Of a DNA stretch of 64,000 nucleotides, positions 37,771 through 47,751 are shown piece by piece (the stretch's first letter is position 1; each line of letters begins with the position of its first letter). Origin of the DNA: Geopsychrobacteraceae bacterium. Lineage in GTDB: Bacteria > Desulfobacterota > Desulfuromonadia > Desulfuromonadales > Geopsychrobacteraceae. The notes under the pieces are model-generated. The model ran no database searches. It had not been told where the DNA came from and saw only the letters and a list, made by a program, of their open reading frames with translations. Position numbers and translations under genes: made by a program. The stretch is taken from contig CAXXTB010000001.1 of the NCBI GenBank assembly GCA_963676795.2, forward strand, positions 256,001 through 320,000. Reading direction: 5' to 3'.

Positions 37771-38184
37771 TCAACCCTGGTTTTCCAGCAGTGCCAGTTC
37801 GGAATTCAGCGCAGCCAGTTCAGCCTGTTTGCTCTGCAGTTCCTGTCGCGCTTCGTCACTGCTCAGCGCTTCCGCTGATAGCGATGCGATTTCACTTTCC
37901 AGGGCGCTGATCTCCGCTTCAAGCTCTTCAATGCTGCTGTCATCGCTTGCGGTGGCACTGCCGCTGGAACCCTGGATCATTGCCGACTGGCTACCGGTAT
38001 CCAAATTGGAAGATTCACTCTGCCCTGCCTCCTGAAGGGTCAGACTGGCCGCTTCATCCGAAATCGTCACCGTATCGCCAAAGCTGGTCTGGGTTGTTGT
38101 ACTGTCAATGCTCTCTGCCTGACGGTTCCGCACCGTTGTCTGCGCGACCGTATAAAGACTGCTGCTGACTGAATTAATATCCAT
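37771..38184 (-). CDS. FlxA-like hypothetical protein
   Basis: MDINSV start, DTVTISDEA motif, C-terminal coiled coil. Confidence 0.65.
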   Translation of the reverse strand: MDINSVSSSLYTVAQTTVRNRQAESIDSTTTQTSFGDTVTISDEAASLTLQEAGQSESSNLDTGSQSAMIQGSSGSATASDDSSIEELEAEISALESEIASLSAEALSSDEARQELQSKQAELAALNSELALLENQG

Positions 38185-38313
38185 TCTGGCCTCCATCATT
38201 TTTTGATTATAAAGCAGAATCGAATTATTTTTCAGTGTGTTACAAAGACAATACAAAAAAATCCCCATCGTCAGAGGGGGATTTTTTATCTTCTAACTTT
38301 TTGAGACCTGTCT

Positions 38314-38478
38314 CTACTTCTTCCCTGATTCTTCCGGGTTCTGCTTCTTTTTCTGCTCGCCGTCACGCGGGAGCTCACAGGCACCAGACATTCAGGTCTG
38401 AACTCCCAGTCTGGGGAGGATAAAACGGTTCAGAACATACCAGACGACGACAAAGCCGATGATGTAAAGCCATTCCAT
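38314..38478 (-). CDS. Small membrane protein with in-frame UGA (candidate selenoprotein; otherwise a 28-aa peptide)
   Basis: MEWLYIIGFVVVWYVLNRFILPRLGVQT-(TGA 38394-38392)-MSGACELPRDGEQKKKQNPEESGKK*; RBS AGAAAGG. Confidence 0.55.
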
Positions 38479-38548
38479 AAGTCGTTACCTTTCTGAAAGA
38501 CTTACTCAGTGTAACCGCTGCACGAAAAATAATCAATAATATATATTT

Positions 38549-39931
38549 TTATATGTTTTGTGGCAGCTCCATACTCACTGAAAGACCACCGCTTTCGTGA
38601 TTTTCAGCCTTGATTCTGCCTCTATGCAGTACCACGGCACGCTTGGCGATCGCCAGGCCGATGCCGGTTCCGCCGCTCTGCCGGTCACGTGCATCGGCGA
38701 CCCGGTAAAAGGGTTCGAACAGCTTGTCGAGTGAGTCCTCGGGCACACCCGGCCCTTGATCATCGACGCTGATATGCACAACAGCGTCCTGCTGGCGCAG
38801 ACTGACCCTGACGACACCCTGTTCGGCGGAGTATTTGACCGCGTTGCGGATCACGTTCTCAATGGCGTGAGCGAGCAGGTCTTCCGAACCGTTCAAAAGC
38901 ACCTGATCCGGGGCATCCAATTCGACCCGACAGTTGTGCTTCTGGGCTTCATAGCTGGCATCCTGAACGAGTCTATCGAGCAGACCGGACAGATCGAAAA
39001 GCTCAAACTTGTACTGCGCCGCGCCGCTTTCGAGACGGGTCAGGCTGAGCAGCTGACCGATCATCTCGTTCATCCGCTCGGCTTCACATTCGATCCGTTC
39101 CAGGGCCTTGGCCTGGGTTTCCGGCTTGCCCTGCTGACGAGCCAGCTCCAGAGCGACGCCAAGCCTGGCCAGCGGCGACCTGAGCTCATGGGAGATATCC
39201 CTGAGCAGTTGCTTCTGACCGGCGACCAGATCTTCGATCTTGGTCGCCATATCATCGAAATCGTGAGCCAGACCGGCCAGTTCCTGAGAACCTTTGATCT
39301 GACCGCCGATGCGAATCGACAGGTCGCCGGCAGCAAATTTCCGGGTGGCCTGACGCAAACGGCCAATCGGCGCTGTCAGAGAACGGGCCAGAACAAAACA
39401 GATCAGCGCAGAAATGATCAGTAGCAGCAGAAGCTGCCAACCGAGAAAACCATGAGTGACCTCTTTGGCAATATTCGCCGGCGCCGGACGGTCAGGCAGG
39501 CTCAGAGCGACAACATAGGTCTGCCCCGAATCCGCCTGAATCACCGTTGCCAGACTTTGCATGCCGTGCATCCCCATGTTCGGCATCACCAGTTCACCGC
39601 TGCTCAAGGCCCGCTTGACAATCCGTGACATGCGGAAATGAGGCTGGCGTTCAGCGGAGAGCGGTTCCCCGTATTGATCAAAGAGGGCCAACAAAATCCC
39701 GGTTCTGCGCCGCACCCTGTCGGTATAATCATCAAGAGCTCTGATGCCGGCATTCTCATAGGCACGGATCGCATCACGGCCATATTCGGTAACAGCGCGC
39801 TGGGCAAAATCCTGATTGGCCAAGGATGGAAACTGCTGGTTGCGCAAATAGGTCAGAACCACCGTTATCCCGGCAACAAGCAGGATGATCAGCAGAAAAT
39901 AAAGGAATATCTTGAAAAACAGGCTGCGCAT
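38549..39931 (-). CDS. HAMP sensor histidine kinase (CpxA-like)
   Basis: Two TMs, HAMP, DISHELRSPLARL H-box, N/G boxes. Confidence 0.93.
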   Translation of the reverse strand: MRSLFFKIFLYFLLIILLVAGITVVLTYLRNQQFPSLANQDFAQRAVTEYGRDAIRAYENAGIRALDDYTDRVRRRTGILLALFDQYGEPLSAERQPHFRMSRIVKRALSSGELVMPNMGMHGMQSLATVIQADSGQTYVVALSLPDRPAPANIAKEVTHGFLGWQLLLLLIISALICFVLARSLTAPIGRLRQATRKFAAGDLSIRIGGQIKGSQELAGLAHDFDDMATKIEDLVAGQKQLLRDISHELRSPLARLGVALELARQQGKPETQAKALERIECEAERMNEMIGQLLSLTRLESGAAQYKFELFDLSGLLDRLVQDASYEAQKHNCRVELDAPDQVLLNGSEDLLAHAIENVIRNAVKYSAEQGVVRVSLRQQDAVVHISVDDQGPGVPEDSLDKLFEPFYRVADARDRQSGGTGIGLAIAKRAVVLHRGRIKAENHESGGLSVSMELPQNI

Positions 39932-40647
39932 CAGGTTTCCTTATCCGGCAGACAGTAGATATAGCCAACCCCGCGGACAGTGCGGATCAGGTCGGTATCG
40001 GTGTCGCTTTTTCCCTTGCCAAGTTTCTTACGCAGAGCGCTGACATGGACATCGATACTCCGGTCATAGGCCGACAATCTGCGACCGAGAACCTTCTCCG
40101 TCAGCTCATCACGGCTGATAACCTCACCGGCCTGGGCCATCAGCTCTTCCAGCAGGTTAAACTCGACCGAAGTCAGATCGACGACCTTTCCGTCCCGCTT
40201 GACCGTCCGGTTGGTCGTCGACAGAACGACATCGCCGATCTTTCGCTCCGTGGCTTTCTTGTCTGCGTCAGGCGTACTCTCAGTGTTTTCAAGGCGACGA
40301 TGAACCGCACGGATGCGAGCCACCAGTTCGCGGGGATTGAAAGGCTTCGGCAGATAATCGTCCGCGCCCATCTCCAGGCCGACAATCCGGTCGATATCGT
40401 CTCCCCGGGCAGTGAGCATGATCACCGGTACCTTGCTCGACTCACGAATCTTCCTTAAGACATCAAAACCATTCATCCCCGGCAACATGACATCCAGAAT
40501 AATCAGGGAATAGGTGCCGGCCAGAGCACGCTCCGCCCCCTGTTCACCCTGATGCACGGCAGCGATGGAAAAGCCTTCGTTACTCAGGTAATCGGTCAGC
40601 AGTTCGCAGAGTTCATTATCGTCATCAATAATCAGAATTTGATCCAT
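39931..40647 (-). CDS. OmpR-family response regulator (CpxR-like)
   Basis: Receiver plus winged helix, DRSIDVHVS. Confidence 0.95.
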   Translation of the reverse strand: MDQILIIDDDNELCELLTDYLSNEGFSIAAVHQGEQGAERALAGTYSLIILDVMLPGMNGFDVLRKIRESSKVPVIMLTARGDDIDRIVGLEMGADDYLPKPFNPRELVARIRAVHRRLENTESTPDADKKATERKIGDVVLSTTNRTVKRDGKVVDLTSVEFNLLEELMAQAGEVISRDELTEKVLGRRLSAYDRSIDVHVSALRKKLGKGKSDTDTDLIRTVRGVGYIYCLPDKET

Positions 40648-40700
40648 CGTATTTACCTCGCGTTATTTGGACATTTTAGCCTGACCGATACGCCTGTGCT

Positions 40701-40715
40701 GTAAAGAAATGTAAA
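40701..40715. promoter_or_regulatory. CpxR-type binding box
   Basis: GTAAA-N5-GTAAA between the divergent regulator and Spy/CpxP genes. Confidence 0.7.
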
Positions 40716-40842
40716 GCAAGTCCCTGAAATTACGTCTTAACACAACTTTACAAAACCTCACAGCACTTTACCCCCCCTTAAGATCTTTTGCTCTATAGTC
40801 TGATCATCACAACGACGTTGCTATTACGCAAAGGAGAAAAAA

Positions 40843-41436
40843 ATGAACAAGAAGATTATGATCCCGACTTTGATCTGCAGTGCTCTTTTAATTACCACAA
40901 GTGCTTTCGCCTGGGGCGGACCTAGGGACGGACGCGGCTGTGATACTTTCGGACCAGGTGTTCGCGGCCAACAAGCGAAAGTCATAACAGCAGAGCAGCA
41001 TCAGCAGATGGTTCAGCAGCGTGTCGAACGCCAGGCTGTCCTGCTTGATCTCAGTGACAAGCAGAAAGAACAGCTGACCAAACTGCACAATGATCAATTT
41101 ACCCAGCGCCAGGAAATGCGCACCAAGATGCAGGCAAGCAGAGATGCTCTCACCGCTTATCGCCTGAACGATAACTTCAAAGAGTCCGAGTTCCGTAAAC
41201 TGGCTGAACAGCAGGCTGATCTGAGAACCGACATGATGGTACAAGGCGCCAAATTCCAACAGCAGCTTAAAGACGTTCTGACTCCAGAACAACAGGCGAA
41301 AGCCGAAAAACTGCAGGCAATGAATGGTCCTGGAAAAGGCCAGCGCGGCGGCAAAGGGATCTCCCCCAACAGCAACTGCCCTGCATCAGGTTATGGCCAA
41401 GGCCATCAGGGTAAAGGCCAGCGTGGTTGGATGTAA
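40843..41436 (+). CDS. Spy/CpxP-family periplasmic chaperone
   Basis: Signal peptide; LDLSDKQ and VLTPEQ LTxxQ motifs. Confidence 0.88.
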   Translation: MNKKIMIPTLICSALLITTSAFAWGGPRDGRGCDTFGPGVRGQQAKVITAEQHQQMVQQRVERQAVLLDLSDKQKEQLTKLHNDQFTQRQEMRTKMQASRDALTAYRLNDNFKESEFRKLAEQQADLRTDMMVQGAKFQQQLKDVLTPEQQAKAEKLQAMNGPGKGQRGGKGISPNSNCPASGYGQGHQGKGQRGWM

Positions 41437-41477
41437 GGCAGCCATAACATAAACCTCCTCATCTCCCCCTAACTCCC

Positions 41478-41515
41478 AAACAAAACGGGCTTCCATCCGG
41501 AAGCCCGTTTTGTTT
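41478..41515. terminator. Bidirectional intrinsic terminator
   Basis: AAACAAAACGGGCTTCC-N4-GGAAGCCCGTTTTGTTT between convergent genes. Confidence 0.85.
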
Positions 41516-42239
41516 ACTGAACACTGTATCCCCGTGCTTCAAGGCAGGCTTTCATAGCCCGGTTGTAGTCAGCCCTGCGACTCGCATTCTCTTCAGCGGC
41601 AACCCCGCCGCCGGGCAAGGTCGGGTCAAAGCCGCTCTGCTGGCTGGCCCAGCTGTGACACTCGTAGCGATCGGTCGCCTGTTTCTGCTCACTCTGCCCC
41701 TGTTTCGGATAGATAAACAGGCGTCCCGGCTGAGTCGCCTCTTCAACGACCTCCTGCTGAGGCGGCGGTGCGCTCACAACATAGACGCTGCGCCGCGGCG
41801 CCCAGGTGTAGTAGGTTCCTCCAGCGTAGTAGTAGGGGATGCCACCGACCCAGATCGTGGTATAGTGGGCTGGCAGAAAAGTGACCGTCAGGCCGATTGG
41901 CGGTGCGATGACCTGAAAACCCAGCCCTGAAAACAGGTACCAGGCCCCGCCGTAAAAGAAATAATCGCGATCATGGTAGTGAACGACCCTGTGCTCTGGC
42001 GGCAGGGTCTTGTAGTGAACTCCCTGCGGCGGGTAGTAACGGTTGTGCTGATAACGATCGTCCAGCTTGTAGCCTTTGCGCTGATAGTAGCTGGAATCCT
42101 GGCGTTCCTGCGGTTCCGGCCGGCTATTCGCCTTTGCCGCCCCCTTCAAGGTCCATGGTTCGTTCTGGGCAAAGGCAGGCAGGCCAGGGGTCAGCCAGGC
42201 AAACACCAGTAGCAGGACAAACATTCTGAGTATCTTCAT
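41514..42239 (-). CDS. Exported Tyr/Pro-rich hypothetical protein
   Basis: Signal peptide; C-terminal YP.QGQ...DRYEC..WA...ACLEARGY domain. Confidence 0.75.
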   Translation of the reverse strand: MKILRMFVLLLVFAWLTPGLPAFAQNEPWTLKGAAKANSRPEPQERQDSSYYQRKGYKLDDRYQHNRYYPPQGVHYKTLPPEHRVVHYHDRDYFFYGGAWYLFSGLGFQVIAPPIGLTVTFLPAHYTTIWVGGIPYYYAGGTYYTWAPRRSVYVVSAPPPQQEVVEEATQPGRLFIYPKQGQSEQKQATDRYECHSWASQQSGFDPTLPGGGVAAEENASRRADYNRAMKACLEARGYSVQ

Positions 42240-42266
42240 CTTTTTATCTCCCGGCTCGAAAGCCCG

Positions 42267-42818
42267 TTACCTGACATCGTAACCACGCCCGCCCAGACAG
42301 GCCTTGAGGGCCCGCCGATAGTCTTCCGCCCGGCGTTCCAGAGCGGCGGGTCCGCGGTTCAGGTTCTGCTGGTAATAGAATTCAACCTGTTCCCTGTTGG
42401 CCGCGTCAGCGGTCGCGCCGATGAATGCACCGATCAGAGCCCCGACAACCGCTCTGCCGAAGGAATCTCCGGGAGGGCCGCTGGCCGCACCGATCATCGC
42501 TCCGGCCACAGCGCCACCGGCGGTGTATTGGCCGGTAGATGGTTGAGGAACGACCCTGACCCGCTGGTGAGGTGCCAGATAAGACATGCTCGGATCGAAA
42601 CCGCTCTGATCGCTGGCCCAGAGGGAACATTCATAACGGTCGCGTTCCTGCTGTTCCAACCCTTGGCCCTGCAGTGGATAGGCGTAAACCGTCAACTGTT
42701 GTGAAATAGGCGGGTCGGCTTCGACGACCTGGCGCTGTGAAGGAGCACAGGCTCCCAGAAGAAGGGCACTGCAGAGCAGGCTGAACATAAGCCCCGGGAT
42801 CTTTGATCTGCTGTTCAT
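42267..42818 (-). CDS. Glycine-zipper lipoprotein
   Basis: Lipobox LGAC; GAVAGAMIGA; same DRYEC domain as the neighbour. Confidence 0.8.
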   Translation of the reverse strand: MNSRSKIPGLMFSLLCSALLLGACAPSQRQVVEADPPISQQLTVYAYPLQGQGLEQQERDRYECSLWASDQSGFDPSMSYLAPHQRVRVVPQPSTGQYTAGGAVAGAMIGAASGPPGDSFGRAVVGALIGAFIGATADAANREQVEFYYQQNLNRGPAALERRAEDYRRALKACLGGRGYDVR

Positions 42819-43112
42819 GGTCTGCCTCTTTTTTCGTCAACTTGGTCATTTCCGATTATTCAATTATACATGATCCATAGCGGTTCAGGCCGAATGCAAT
42901 TGTGTAACAGATCTTCTCGGATTGATAAGAAAACCGGACACAAATACAGGCAGCTCTAACCGGGTATTTTTTTCATTAAAATGCCGATCAGATCTTCCAA
43001 TCCCTTGCCAGGGTGCTATAATCCCGGGAAGCATAATACAGGGGGAAAACCCTTGTGACGGGGCAGAACATTTGGTGGGTCCCGGACGATCGATTGACTA
43101 AGGAGAGGTTTT

Positions 43113-43679
43113 ATGCGTGTAACTGTAGTTCTGTTTGCTCTGTTGACCCTGATAACAACATCGGCTTTTGCTGCGACATTCGATATCGGCTTCAATGACA
43201 ATTCTTTTCAGCTCGGTGCTGAAGTTCCCCTGCGTAATGACAGCTACGGAAGTTCAACCGGCAATGCCCGTTTCCTGTTCAATGGTGATGAGGAAACCAA
43301 ACTGGCCAGCGTCGGCTTCGATTTCACCGGCCAGCCGGGCAACGTTCCGGGCCTGAGTGTCGGCGTCGGGACAAAACTCTATTACGGCGAAACCGATCCG
43401 GATACCGACTTCATCAATATGGGAATCGGACTGCGTGCCGACTACACCATTCCACAACTCCAGGGGCTTGGGACTTCGGCAAAACTCTATTATGCGCCAC
43501 AGGTCTTTTCCGGGTACGATTCGGAAGGATTGCTAGAAACCCAGCTCAACCTGACCTATGCCATCATTCCCAAGGTCAAGGTGTTCCTCGGCTATCAGAA
43601 TATCCAGCTTGATCTTGACGGCGGGGAAGAATGGACCATCGATGAGGGGATTAGAATCGGCTTCATCGGCACCTTCTGA
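43113..43679 (+). CDS. YfaZ-family outer-membrane beta-barrel
   Basis: Signal peptide, YYAPQV, GYQNI, terminal Phe. Confidence 0.8.
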   Translation: MRVTVVLFALLTLITTSAFAATFDIGFNDNSFQLGAEVPLRNDSYGSSTGNARFLFNGDEETKLASVGFDFTGQPGNVPGLSVGVGTKLYYGETDPDTDFINMGIGLRADYTIPQLQGLGTSAKLYYAPQVFSGYDSEGLLETQLNLTYAIIPKVKVFLGYQNIQLDLDGGEEWTIDEGIRIGFIGTF

Positions 43680-43739
43680 AACAACTGAAAATTGCCCAAA
43701 ACGACCTGCCCGCTACATGGCAGGTCGTTTTTTTATTGT

Positions 43740-44171
43740 TCAGAACAGCAGCACCGGACAGCGGACATTGTGCAAAACATAATTGGCGACCGAACCGAAA
43801 ACAACGTCGCGAATCTCACCGCGCCCGGCCTTGCGGCCGATGATGAGCAGCTCAAACGCTTCCTCATTGGCTATCTTGGGAATCAGCAGTCGCGGCGCCC
43901 CGAACTCCAGCCTCTTTTCGATGGCGAAGCCAGCCTGTTCAAGGCTTCCAGCCAGATCACCGAGCCTTTTGCGGGCAGCTTTCTCAGCGTTTTCACGGAC
44001 CATCTCGATCTGAAAGTCCGGTATCATCCGGTAAGCCAGCTGATCATCGATGATGTGCAGCAAGACCAGCCTGCCGGGCAAACGTTCCCGGTATCTGATG
44101 ATGTCCTCGACCGTTTTAAGAGTGGTTGGTGAGTCGTTCACCGGCACAAGAATTTTGGCGTCCATGCTCAA
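43740..44171 (-). CDS. Universal stress protein
   Basis: KILVPVN, FGSVANYVLHNVRCPVLL. Confidence 0.92.
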   Translation of the reverse strand: MSMDAKILVPVNDSPTTLKTVEDIIRYRERLPGRLVLLHIIDDQLAYRMIPDFQIEMVRENAEKAARKRLGDLAGSLEQAGFAIEKRLEFGAPRLLIPKIANEEAFELLIIGRKAGRGEIRDVVFGSVANYVLHNVRCPVLLF

Positions 44172-44213
44172 CTCCTCAATGACAACAGGATTGAAACAGC
44201 ACTTAGTGGGACG

Positions 44214-44699
44214 TTAAAGTTGTTCAGTAACCGGGGTATAGATGCCCTCAAGGCTGCATTCCTCATCCTCAAACTTGAGGGTCCCGGTTCCATCCTCTTC
44301 GACAATCAGGCGGATTTCCGTTCCCTCTGCAGAAGCCAGACAGCTGCCGGTCAGCAGAGCAGCCTCTTTTCCGTCAACGGTATACCAGTTGTCATCCGCC
44401 CTGGTGACAACAATCCGGTACTCATCTGCGGCGAGAGAACTTTTTCCGTAAAGCATCTGCACATCGCAGCTGGTTTCGTTGTTGCTGAACCTGATCTTGC
44501 CGCTACTTCCCTGAATTGAAAGCAGCGCTTCGCTTGTTCCAACATCGACAAAACAGTATGAGGTCCAGATGTAGGTATCCTGGTCACTCATCTTGAACAG
44601 ATTCGCTCCCTGCTGGACGATCGTTATTTTGTACTCTCCAGCGAATACAGGTGTTGCCGTCAGAGCGACCAACAGAATCAGCTTCAGCATCAAGTTCAT
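44214..44699 (-). CDS. Exported hypothetical protein with two internal repeats
   Basis: Signal peptide; repeated EY.I.V...N.....T..C....E...G.G...F..E.C unit. Confidence 0.7.
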   Translation of the reverse strand: MNLMLKLILLVALTATPVFAGEYKITIVQQGANLFKMSDQDTYIWTSYCFVDVGTSEALLSIQGSSGKIRFSNNETSCDVQMLYGKSSLAADEYRIVVTRADDNWYTVDGKEAALLTGSCLASAEGTEIRLIVEEDGTGTLKFEDEECSLEGIYTPVTEQL

Positions 44700-44727
44700 A
44701 CATGTCTCCATATCGAGAAATCCGGCA

Positions 44728-45489
44728 TTATATTTTTATCCGTTCACCATCCTGCACCAGGGGTGTTTCTATTTTATCAAGATTCTCAAGCATTTCAGGA
44801 CCGGGGTGGGTCAGGACCAGGCGCTGGCATTCCAGGCGCTGGCGTTGCGCCATCAAGGTCAGATAATCCATGTGCGAAGGGAGAGGAGAAGAATAATTGA
44901 GACACTCGCAGATCATCAGGTCGGCCCCCCGGGCCAACTCGACCAGGCTGTCGGTCCATTCACTATCGCCACTGTAAGCAACGCTACGCCCTGCGTAATC
45001 CAGCCTTAAACCAAAAACATCGGGACTCTGACCATGCCGGACCCTGACGCAGCCGAGTTCCGCGCCATCACCAAGCGGCAATTTTTCCTGCGGGTTGAGA
45101 ATGCTGTAGGAGACCTCAAAGGCGAGGGGCTCGTCAAAAGTCCCTGAGTAAAGGACTTCACCAAGCAGATCAACCCTGCGCTGCAGATCCGCCGGACCGA
45201 TGAGCCTGAGCGGCCGGGTTCTCCGGCTGACATATTTGCCCTCAAGCAGCAGGTATGGAATCCCGCCGAAATGGTCTCCGTGCAGATGGCTGATAACTAC
45301 GGTATCGATCTCCGCCGGATCCAGTCCGCAGCGGCGCAAGCCGATCAGGCTGGATCCGCCGCAGTCAAAAAGAATCCGTCGATTGCCAAAACTCAGGTGG
45401 AAACAGCTGTAAAGACGTCCGCCATGTCCGAAGGCATTGCCGGTACCGACGGCGACCAGCGCGATTGTCTCTTTTGTCATCTCTTCCAT
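44728..45489 (-). CDS. MBL-fold metallo-hydrolase (RNase Z-like)
   Basis: SHLHGDHFGG, YSGDS, LTH. Confidence 0.9.
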   Translation of the reverse strand: MEEMTKETIALVAVGTGNAFGHGGRLYSCFHLSFGNRRILFDCGGSSLIGLRRCGLDPAEIDTVVISHLHGDHFGGIPYLLLEGKYVSRRTRPLRLIGPADLQRRVDLLGEVLYSGTFDEPLAFEVSYSILNPQEKLPLGDGAELGCVRVRHGQSPDVFGLRLDYAGRSVAYSGDSEWTDSLVELARGADLMICECLNYSSPLPSHMDYLTLMAQRQRLECQRLVLTHPGPEMLENLDKIETPLVQDGERIKI

Positions 45490-45633
45490 GTCCGTAACTT
45501 TCAGAAACTCTGGCTATCTCAAACCAATTCCTGTTGCATTCGCAATTAGAACACATTAAATTATTTTTCTCACAGGCATATTTTACTCCAGAATGCCTTC
45601 CTCAGCCATCAACTGTTGACAGCTGGAGCCAAA

Positions 45634-47727
45634 ATGCACGCGAAGACAAAAAACAAACGGCTGAAAAAAGAACTGAAGCTGAGGGACGTCTACGCGATAG
45701 CGACCGGCGCGACCTTGAGTGCCGGGTTTTTCCTGTTGCCGGGAATCGCGGCGACCAAGGCCGGGCCGGCCCTGGTGCTTGCCTACCTGATTGCCGCAAT
45801 CCCCATGATTCCCGCCATGTTCAGCGTTATCGAACTGGCAACCGCCATGCCCCGCGCCGGGGGTGTCTACTATTTTCTCGACCGGGCCCTGGGTCCCTTT
45901 TTCGGCACTATCGGCGGCATCGGCACCTGGCTGGCCCTGATCCTCAAGGTTGCCTTCGCCCTGATCGGCATGGGTGCCTATATCTCCCTGTTTCTGCCCA
46001 GCCTGCCGATCGTTCCGGTCGCTCTGGGGATCGCTGTGCTACTCGGTGTCATCAATATTTTCGGCGCCAAAAAGAGCGGCCGCCTGCAGGTTTTCCTGGT
46101 CTTCGGCCTTCTGGCAATCCTCTTCATCTTCTTCCTCGAAGATATCCCCTACATCGATCTGTCCCATTTCAGCGGGTTTTTCGACAAAGGCTTTGATGCC
46201 ATCATCTCGACCGCCGGTATGGTCTATATAAGCTATGTCGGTGTGACCAAGGTGGCCAGTCTTTCCGAAGAGGTTGAAAACCCCGAACGCAACATTCCGC
46301 GTGGCATGATCCTGTCGTTGAGCACAGCGCTGTTTATCTACCTGATCGGCACGCTGATTCTTGTCGCCCTGGTTCCGCCTGAGGAACTGGCCGGCAACCT
46401 GACCCCGGTGGCGACAGCCGCGCATTACGCCATGGGCCCCATCGGTGTCATCCTGCTCTCCGTGGCCGCCATGCTCGCCTTTATCTCGGTGGCCAATGCC
46501 GGGCTGATGAGTGCTTCACGCTACCCGCTGGCGATGAGCCGCGACCATCTGATTCCGCCGCGCTTCCGCAAGCTCGGCAAGTTCGGCACCCCGGTTCAGG
46601 GGATTCTACTGACCCTCGGCGTGATTATCATCATTCTGGTGCTACTCAACCCGATGCGCATCGCCAAACTGGCCAGCTCCTTCCAGCTGCTGATGTTTTC
46701 GCTGGTCTGTCTGGCGGTCATCGTCATGCGCGAAAGCCGTATCGATTCCTACGATCCCGGCTATCGATCCCCCTTCTATCCATGGATGCAGATCGCCGGC
46801 ATGCTGCTGCCCTTCTACCTGATCTTCAAGATGGGCTGGCTGCCGACCCTGTTTACCATCGGCCTGATCGTTGCGGCGAGCCTCTGGTACTACTACTACG
46901 CTCGCCATCGGACCCGGCGCAACGGAGCGGTCTATCACGTCTTTGCCCGTCTCGGGCAACTCAAGTATCACGATCTCGATACGGAACTGCGCGGCATCCT
47001 GCGTGAAAAGGGGCTGCGCCAGGAGGATCCCTTCGATGATATCGTGTCGCGCAGTATGGTGCTTGATCTCGATCAGGAGAAGCAGTTCGAAAACCTGGTC
47101 AGACAGGTCGCCATGCTGCTGGCGGGAAAGATTGACATGTCGGCAGAGTCGATCAGCGAGCAGATCATGGACGGCACCCGCATCGGCGCTACCCCCGTAA
47201 CCCGCGGCGTGGCTCTGCCGCATTTCCGCTGCGGAACGATTGAGCAGGCGGAAATGGTCCTGGTCAGAGCCAAGAAGGGCGTGACCATGACCCTCTACAA
47301 TCCGCTTACCCACGAGGAAGAGGAAGAGGTCAAGGTCGGTGCGCTGTTCTTCCTGATCAGCCCGGAGAACGATCCGGCCCAGCATCTACGCATTCTGGCG
47401 CGGATCGCCGAACGGGTCGACGAGGAGAGCTTTGCCGCCGACTGGACCCTGGCCAGCAGTGATCATCAGCTCAGGCAATCGCTGTTGCAGGACGATCATT
47501 TCCTCGCCTTAGCCATCAGCCCGAACAACAGGACAAAGGTGCTCATCGGCAAGCCGCTGTTCGCCGCCGATATCCCCAAGGGCTGCCTGGTCGCCATGCT
47601 CCACCGCGATGGCCATTCCTTTGTTCCCGATGGAGGAACTGTCCTGCAGGATGGTGATCACATCACGGTTATCGGTAATCAGGAGGGGCTGTCTATTCTG
47701 AAGAAGCGCTACAGAAGTGCGCTTTGA
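45634..47727 (+). CDS. APC amino-acid permease fused to PTS EIIA-like and TrkA-C (RCK) domains
   Basis: About 12 TM, ELATAMPRAGG, SEEVENPERNIP; GVALPH...HLRILA; C-terminal VPDGGTVLQDGD. Confidence 0.88.
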   Translation: MHAKTKNKRLKKELKLRDVYAIATGATLSAGFFLLPGIAATKAGPALVLAYLIAAIPMIPAMFSVIELATAMPRAGGVYYFLDRALGPFFGTIGGIGTWLALILKVAFALIGMGAYISLFLPSLPIVPVALGIAVLLGVINIFGAKKSGRLQVFLVFGLLAILFIFFLEDIPYIDLSHFSGFFDKGFDAIISTAGMVYISYVGVTKVASLSEEVENPERNIPRGMILSLSTALFIYLIGTLILVALVPPEELAGNLTPVATAAHYAMGPIGVILLSVAAMLAFISVANAGLMSASRYPLAMSRDHLIPPRFRKLGKFGTPVQGILLTLGVIIIILVLLNPMRIAKLASSFQLLMFSLVCLAVIVMRESRIDSYDPGYRSPFYPWMQIAGMLLPFYLIFKMGWLPTLFTIGLIVAASLWYYYYARHRTRRNGAVYHVFARLGQLKYHDLDTELRGILREKGLRQEDPFDDIVSRSMVLDLDQEKQFENLVRQVAMLLAGKIDMSAESISEQIMDGTRIGATPVTRGVALPHFRCGTIEQAEMVLVRAKKGVTMTLYNPLTHEEEEEVKVGALFFLISPENDPAQHLRILARIAERVDEESFAADWTLASSDHQLRQSLLQDDHFLALAISPNNRTKVLIGKPLFAADIPKGCLVAMLHRDGHSFVPDGGTVLQDGDHITVIGNQEGLSILKKRYRSAL

Positions 47728-47751
47728 TAGCTACAGGCCCATGACGAATAT

